Assembly: GCA_001642005.1 (NCBI GenBank)
Contig: LWCA01000002.1
Location: 1 to 64,000, forward strand
DNA from: Intoshia linei
Lineage: Eukaryota > Animalia > Orthonectida
DNA: 64,000 nucleotides
Direction of reading: 5' to 3'
The notes beneath the pieces were generated by a model that saw only the letters and a program-made list of their open reading frames with translations, made no database searches and was not told the origin of the DNA. Position numbers and translations under genes: made by a program. This document shows, piece after piece, positions 57,957-64,000 of the stretch (position 1 is its first letter; every line of letters starts with the position of its first letter).

Positions 57957-60900
57957 TTCAAAAGAACTCCTATATATTGGGCACTCTATCACACCAATTT
58001 GGATTGCTTAAAAGTGATTTTGAGTAAATCATGTAACATTGAACATACCGACATGGTACATATTTGATTAATTCATAAAGTAATTGATAATTATCAATTG
58101 GTTTATACAGTGCATTACAACAATATAATGTACTACGTACAAACAGCACCTAGCTCTGCCAAGGGCACATTTTTATTATGCCAAAAAAATAAATTCACGT
58201 TGAAAATCTAACTTAAAAATCCTACTATTCACTATTATCCATAAACAAGTGGTTCCCAAACTTGTTTCAGGTGGAACCATCATATGACATTACTATTGAA
58301 AATCTAACTTAAAAATCCTACTATTCACTATTATCAATTCTTTAAAGGAAAAAATAAATTCACGTTGAAAATCTAATTTAAAAATCCTACTATTCACTAT
58401 TATCAATCCTTTAAAGGAGTGGTTCCCAAATTTGTTTCAGGTGGAACCATCATATCACATTACTTTTTACTTTAAACTGAATTATTCTATCTTAACTTTG
58501 TTTTGTTAACATTTGTGTAAAGAATTTTAAAAACAATTGTTATCCCATTTTTTAAATTTATTAGACAGAATTATCATAAATACCATAAATTCCAGAAAAA
58601 ATAAAATTATAAAAACCTATTTTATCATTTTCAATGTGATGATATATATTCAGTACTGATTTAATAAATTCGTAAAAATACAAATTATGTATCAATAATT
58701 AACGGAATCAGTACTTTATAAACATATTTCAGGCAAATTTTACCAATATTGCAAAGGATTGTAATAAATATAAAAATAATAAAAAAGTTGTATTACTTTT
58801 AGTAGTCGTTGTAGTTTTAATTTAAATTTCATACAAAATGTTTTGAAAATGAAAATTTGAAATTTAAAAATTGCGTAGCAATGATAAAAATTACGAAGGA
58901 ATGAATTATAAAGATTTTCATCCATATTTCTTAATTGGAAATGTGTAGACGTTAAATGCACACTTTTTTTGAAATTGTAGGATCAATATTGATATTTTTA
59001 TTTTAATCGAAACATTTGAAAAATATTGGTTGATAATATATTAAAAATTATTTTTCACCGGGAATGCGTAGATTTCTGGGGTTGAAATTTTGTATTTATA
59101 TCAACTGGAATAAGCTCTATCAGAATAATTTTTTTTTTTAATTATCGGACCGTTAATTACTTCACATTTTTTGTTTTAATAAAATATTTCAAAAAAAATA
59201 TGAATACTAAAATGCTTGCTATAATTGCTAATTGCTTGCTTGTTATAATTGCCAGATGTTTAGAATTTATCCCAAAGCTTATACGACCGCTACATTATTA
59301 TTTAAAAAAGTTCACTTTTATTCCACCATTACTAAAATTTACAGTGTCATAAGTGTTAATAAAAAAGTTCATTTCAAATACTCAAATATACTCAAAAAAT
59401 TTCAATCTGACAAATGGACGCCTTTGTGATTATTTAATCACTTTATAATTTTTATTATTTGGAAACTAGTTAATTAAAATTTAAATACAGTTAATTTAAA
59501 TACAATATTTAAAAAACATTTTCAGCCCGTTTCAGAATCCCTACCCGCATATAAGATCGGAAACTAACGACAAGTTTAACGTTCACTTTCTTAAAATTAT
59601 TGAAAGTCCTGATTAAATCTTAATAATTATATAAACTATGTTGTTTAATTCAAACTTCTTTTAATTTTTGATAAGTTCTTCCAAATCTAATTAAAATTTT
59701 CAATTAGTCAAAATTAATGTTTCAAAAAATACATTTACATTTATATTGGGATTTTATACTCATAACAATACATGTACTATGAAAAATTATAGTTTGGATT
59801 CAAACCAATCCATTATGCCGCATGGTCAGCAAATCCTATAATTCTCTCAGAACTTTTAAATCATGGTGCAGATTTATTTAGCAAAACCAAGGTATACATT
59901 TGTAGTAATTTAAATTTAAATTCAGTAATTCTCTCTTGTTCGACAATGTTGGCGAAATCGGAAAGGATAACCATATAAATGATGTACATTGTACAATACT
60001 ATTAAATTTTATTGGAAAACTTATCACACCGAGGGTTGATGATAAAACCCTTCGCCTTCTATAGAATAAATGTTTCCAAAAGTGTATGCCACATGGGAAG
60101 AGGGATCTACCGTGTTGAGCCCAAACATTTTAAATAGATCTCTAAAAAATTTTCTAAACGTTGTATAATTCCATTTGCCCCTATTCACTTCTCCAATACA
60201 GAGCAGTACATAACAATACATTGGTCAAGAGTCATGAATTGACAGTTTAAATTTGACACACAAATTAGTTGATTTTCAAAATTACTGTTTTTTGAAATGA
60301 AATGAAATTTTGGAAAAATAAGGCCCCATTTTCTAAAATTTCGTCGGGCCCAAAAGAGGCTATCGGTTCGGTAGTTTCGACTCTGTTTTGTAGACCAGCC
60401 ATTCTAACGGGGTCCACAGCACTTTTTGGGGGGGGGGGTCCATGAAAATTATATACATTTATTACATATTATAGACATTTTCAGTAACATAAATGCTTAG
60501 AAATACTAATATAAAACGTGAAAATCATGTAAAAGTAAATTCCTTGGTATTAAATTAAATTACTTACAAGTGTAAAAACTTATTGGGAAACCTCCATTGT
60601 TCTATTTTAGGAGCAGCGGTTTTATTTAATTATTTTATTAAAATTTATGACTGAGCGAAGTTTTTAGTCATAAAAAAAAGCTTTAAATTTCAAATTGAAA
60701 ATGGGACAAAAATCAGTCAATATTCATGATTCTATGAAACATCAACCAAGAAGATAGATAATATAGACTTTTTATTGATCTGATAAAATATGTAGTAAAC
60801 AATTAATAATGTACTGTAAACAATACCTGAAAAACATGTTCCATTTTGGGAACATTGACGGGTTAAAGGTTAATATTAATAGTTTATCAAGTTTATCACT

Positions 60901-63900
60901 TCGCAAAAATAGAGTACTTTATGTCTTTTGACCATCATTTGTTTCACTCAAATGTAATGATTCATTAAAAATTGTCATTATTATTAATTTTTTTGGGGTC
61001 CACAGGTTTTATGTAATATCATTTTAGAGGTCCACACCGAAAAAGGGTTGAGAATGCCTGTTGTAGACTATTGCCGAATTGCAGAGAGACTATTTTATTT
61101 TAAAATTATATTGTTATACAATTAGAATGGATTAACTGTACTTCATGCAGCTACATCCGGTGAAAATTTATTAAATGTCAAATTTTTACTCGATAGCGGA
61201 AATTACGATAAAATTTATATTAAAAATAAGGTAATATTATTAAATTCATTCTTATTAAATGGATACTATTTAATGCTCCGACTAATTTAATAGTTTCAGC
61301 GTTTAATTTAATATTTATAACTCATAAATTAATTAATTTAACATTATTTAATAAGTACTGTGGTCGTCTAATTTAATGCTTAAGCGTGTAATATAATATA
61401 ATTAATTAACATCCAACTTAATATTCGAAACATTTGAATCAATTTATAAATTTCTGTGAATCACCGCAAATCAACATTTCTCATAAGCCGTTATTTTATG
61501 TATTAGCATTTTTAAGTTAATTTTTGAGTTATTATTATTGCAAAATTTAATTTTAAATTTTAAATAAATGAACCGACATTAAGTACTAAAATTTGGAAAG
61601 ATGCGTATCAATGGGTTCAAAAACAAAAGACTATTATTATGTCACATGATCAGTATTATGTACGCACTGGAAATGATGTTAATTTGACCAAGGACCAAAT
61701 GAGTCAATATGTGGATTAAATAATTTAAAGCAGTTTTGAAAATTTTTTCAATATGAGAAAATGTTTAAAATCTGTTCAGAAAATATCGCTGGGTCGTGAA
61801 AATTGGAAGTTTTCCATGTTTACGTGACCCTTTGGGGTAAAAATTACATGTGTAAACATTCTATTAGTATATCAATACGATTAAGAATTGATAGCGTATT
61901 GTACCTCGAGAGTCAAAAGCTCTCCCATTGAATGTCAAAAGAAAGAGGGGACGACCAGTTCAGGATAATCAAGCTTTGCTGAGGCAGTCTTAAATTAACG
62001 GTTAATTCAATAAATTAAAAGTTAGTTTTATAAAAAATAATGTTGTTAATTATATAAATAAAATAAATTCTATTAATTTAGACTTTAAATTTTAGACGCT
62101 GTAACTATTAAATTATATGTTGCAATAATAATAAATTACAACATATTAAATTCAAATATGACGAATGGTCATTGACCATATCAACTACAAACATGACTAT
62201 ATAAATAGAGAAGATCTATAATTATAGATAATAATTTACATAATAAACACTGTACAGTAGGGTGTCACATTTTTTGGAAAATTTTAGAATTCGATGGGCA
62301 ATTTAGCACTAAAAGTGTGTATTTTTAAAATAGAAAAACTAATTCGCAATCAAAAACATTTAACGCTATCTATTCAAGTTGCGTTTGACATTTTTGACAT
62401 TTAACCAGAATTCGAGAAATTAAATCGTTAATAAATTTTTAAACATTTTTTTCAAAATTAATTGATACATTTTTATCGATTGCTAGTACTACGTTACCAA
62501 GGCTAGTATGGCCTATTTTAATGTAAACCGTATACGATAACTACCATTTTTTGGGTTTAATGTCGAAATTTGATGCTTAGAAACCTCTAGAACTTAGAAT
62601 TAGCGTCCTTACTAAAAAAATATTAGGTCAGAACCTTCACTATTAAATAATAATTTTTTAGAAAGGAGAAACTCCATTAATGATGTCCGTCATGAACAAA
62701 ACGAATTGCATTTCAACTCTTATATTAAGCAAAATACCCGAAGCTTTATATGAAATTGATCAGGTTCTAAATTGTTTAAATCAGTGTTTCTCAAACTACC
62801 ACCCATTTCAGAACCATATATAGGTATCTAGGGACATATCATGTTAACGGGACCATTTTTTTAATATACACTATTTATTGACTGTTAGAATTTAGTATTG
62901 TATGATTTGGTTATTTTATAAAAATTAGTCCCACTATAGTATCGAATAAGTTTTATATATGCCCTGTAATTTTCAGCTGACCTAAGTCTACTTCTCTCTA
63001 TTGCAAAATTATGGGTATTTAAGCAACAATTTTTGAATGACGGCCGATGGATAAAGATATTTTTTAGTTGACTCGATAAAATAAAAATTGGTCTGTAACG
63101 GTGTGAGGATAACCATTAAAAATGTTGTAATATATTAATTAGAACCGAGAAAGTATATTCCATTTGATTTCAAAAACAGACAATTATACATTATTAGAAA
63201 GTATTCTAGACAAAATTGAATCTAAAAAGCAAATATCTGCTCTAAATAAAAATTTTGAAACGCCGTTACAAGTAGCGGTACGAAATGAATCTGAAAATGT
63301 TTTTGACTTTTTGATTAAAATCATCAACCCAAACACCTTTTCAAAAGTATAAATTAATAAATCAAAATAAAATATATTAGGATGGCAAAACACCTCTTTG
63401 TGATGCTTTAATGTCTGGAAATTTAAAGTTTATTAATGGTTTACTGGAGAATGGTGCAGACATGAATCTAGTTGATATTACTGTAATAATTTAAATAGCT
63501 TATTTAAATTCAAAATCTAATGTACACATTGATATTTTTATTACACACGTAGTATTTATTGCCGTTTCAAGGTCGAACCTTTAAAACTGGGATCCCAAAA
63601 CTAAAATAACTTAAATTAAATTAAAGTTTTTGGAATGTCTTAAATACTTTTTTGATAATATATTTTGCTTGTAAAGACTTATTAAAGACTACGTTGTAGT
63701 TACACCCGATTCAAAGATTTTTAAATTATTAACATGAAATTTAATTTTTGAAAATGGATCCTTCTCGCGGTAAACGGTTCTTTATACGAAGATTTATATG
63801 TTTAAATTAGTTATTTTAATATACATGTAGACCAAATATTCAGCAATACATGTGGTAGCCAAATATTCTACATTAGATGTCATGATTTTGCTTTTATCCC

Positions 63901-64000
63901 ATAATGCAGACATAAATAAAGTCAACAAGGTAAATTATTTATTTTTCGTTAGAAGAACAATGTTCATTGAACCAAGGACAGCTTAAACCTTAACTTAACT
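57957..64000 (+). CDS. Ankyrin-repeat protein, ANKDD1-like; 5' end unresolved, continues beyond the window
   Basis: Phase-0 exons of about one repeat each: FKRTPIYWAL.., FGFKPIHYAAW.., NGLTVLHAAT.., KGETPLM.., NRESIFHL../NFETPLQVA.., DGKTPLCDA.., TKYSAIHVVA... Repeat order resembles ANKDD1A/B. Confidence 0.75.
58128..59215 (-). mobile_element. Helitron-family copy with internal rearranged duplications
   Basis: Similar to 26898-28286; GAAAATCTAA(C/T)TTAAAAATCCTACTATTCACTATTATC occurs three times in 58200-58410. Confidence 0.8.
60396..61060 (-). mobile_element. hAT MITE, 665 bp, same family as 52960-53521 in opposite orientation
   Basis: Perfect TSD TTGTAGAC; terminal regions match the 52960 copy. 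Confidence 0.92.
61283..62115 (+). mobile_element. Decayed MULE/Mutator element with SWIM/AT-hook transposase C-terminus
   Basis: Broken translation EPTLSTKIWKDAYQW..ENWKFS..NYMCKHSISISIRL..KRGRP..ALLRQ at ~61567-61993. Inverted repeats TAATTTAATAGTTTCAGCGT / ACGCTGTAACTATTAAATTA. Confidence 0.7.

Noticed and set aside
58190-58460. Repeated ~38-bp units resembling a CRISPR array
   Set aside because: Eukaryotic context, no unique spacers; these are local duplications within a Helitron copy.

Overview
AT-rich, gene-dense animal (eukaryotic) genomic DNA. Introns fall into two classes: minimal 34-44 nt GT-AG introns and longer introns mostly filled with transposon debris. This fits a compact parasite genome such as the orthonectid Intoshia (inference from my recollection of that genome). 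Spliced genes recognised by manual translation: BCAS3, DUS1L, a PTPN3/4 (Ptpmeg)-like FERM-phosphatase with no visible PDZ domain, THOC5, two tandem FABP genes, an FG nucleoporin (Nup153/POM121-like), RALGPS, STEEP1/CXorf56, a weak DCTN3-like gene, STT3B and an ANKDD1-like ankyrin gene that runs off the window. A few orphan exon sets are also present. Mobile DNA includes a Tc1 remnant, many hAT MITEs (several with 8-bp TSDs), pogo/Tigger MITEs, a widespread non-autonomous Helitron family, a MULE transposase relic and a bipartite RTE-LINE derivative. Most notable: (1) an operon-like run nucleoporin>FABP>FABP with 97 and 96 bp stop-to-start spacers, (2) a ~300-bp RTE element made of only its two ends, (3) a possible hydrophobic-tailed FERM-only isoform produced by donor read-through in the PDZ-less phosphatase, and (4) a nucleoporin lacking both Nup153 zinc fingers and the POM121 membrane anchor. 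Exon coordinates were counted by hand and may be off by a few nt. Family assignments rest on remembered motifs, not database searches.
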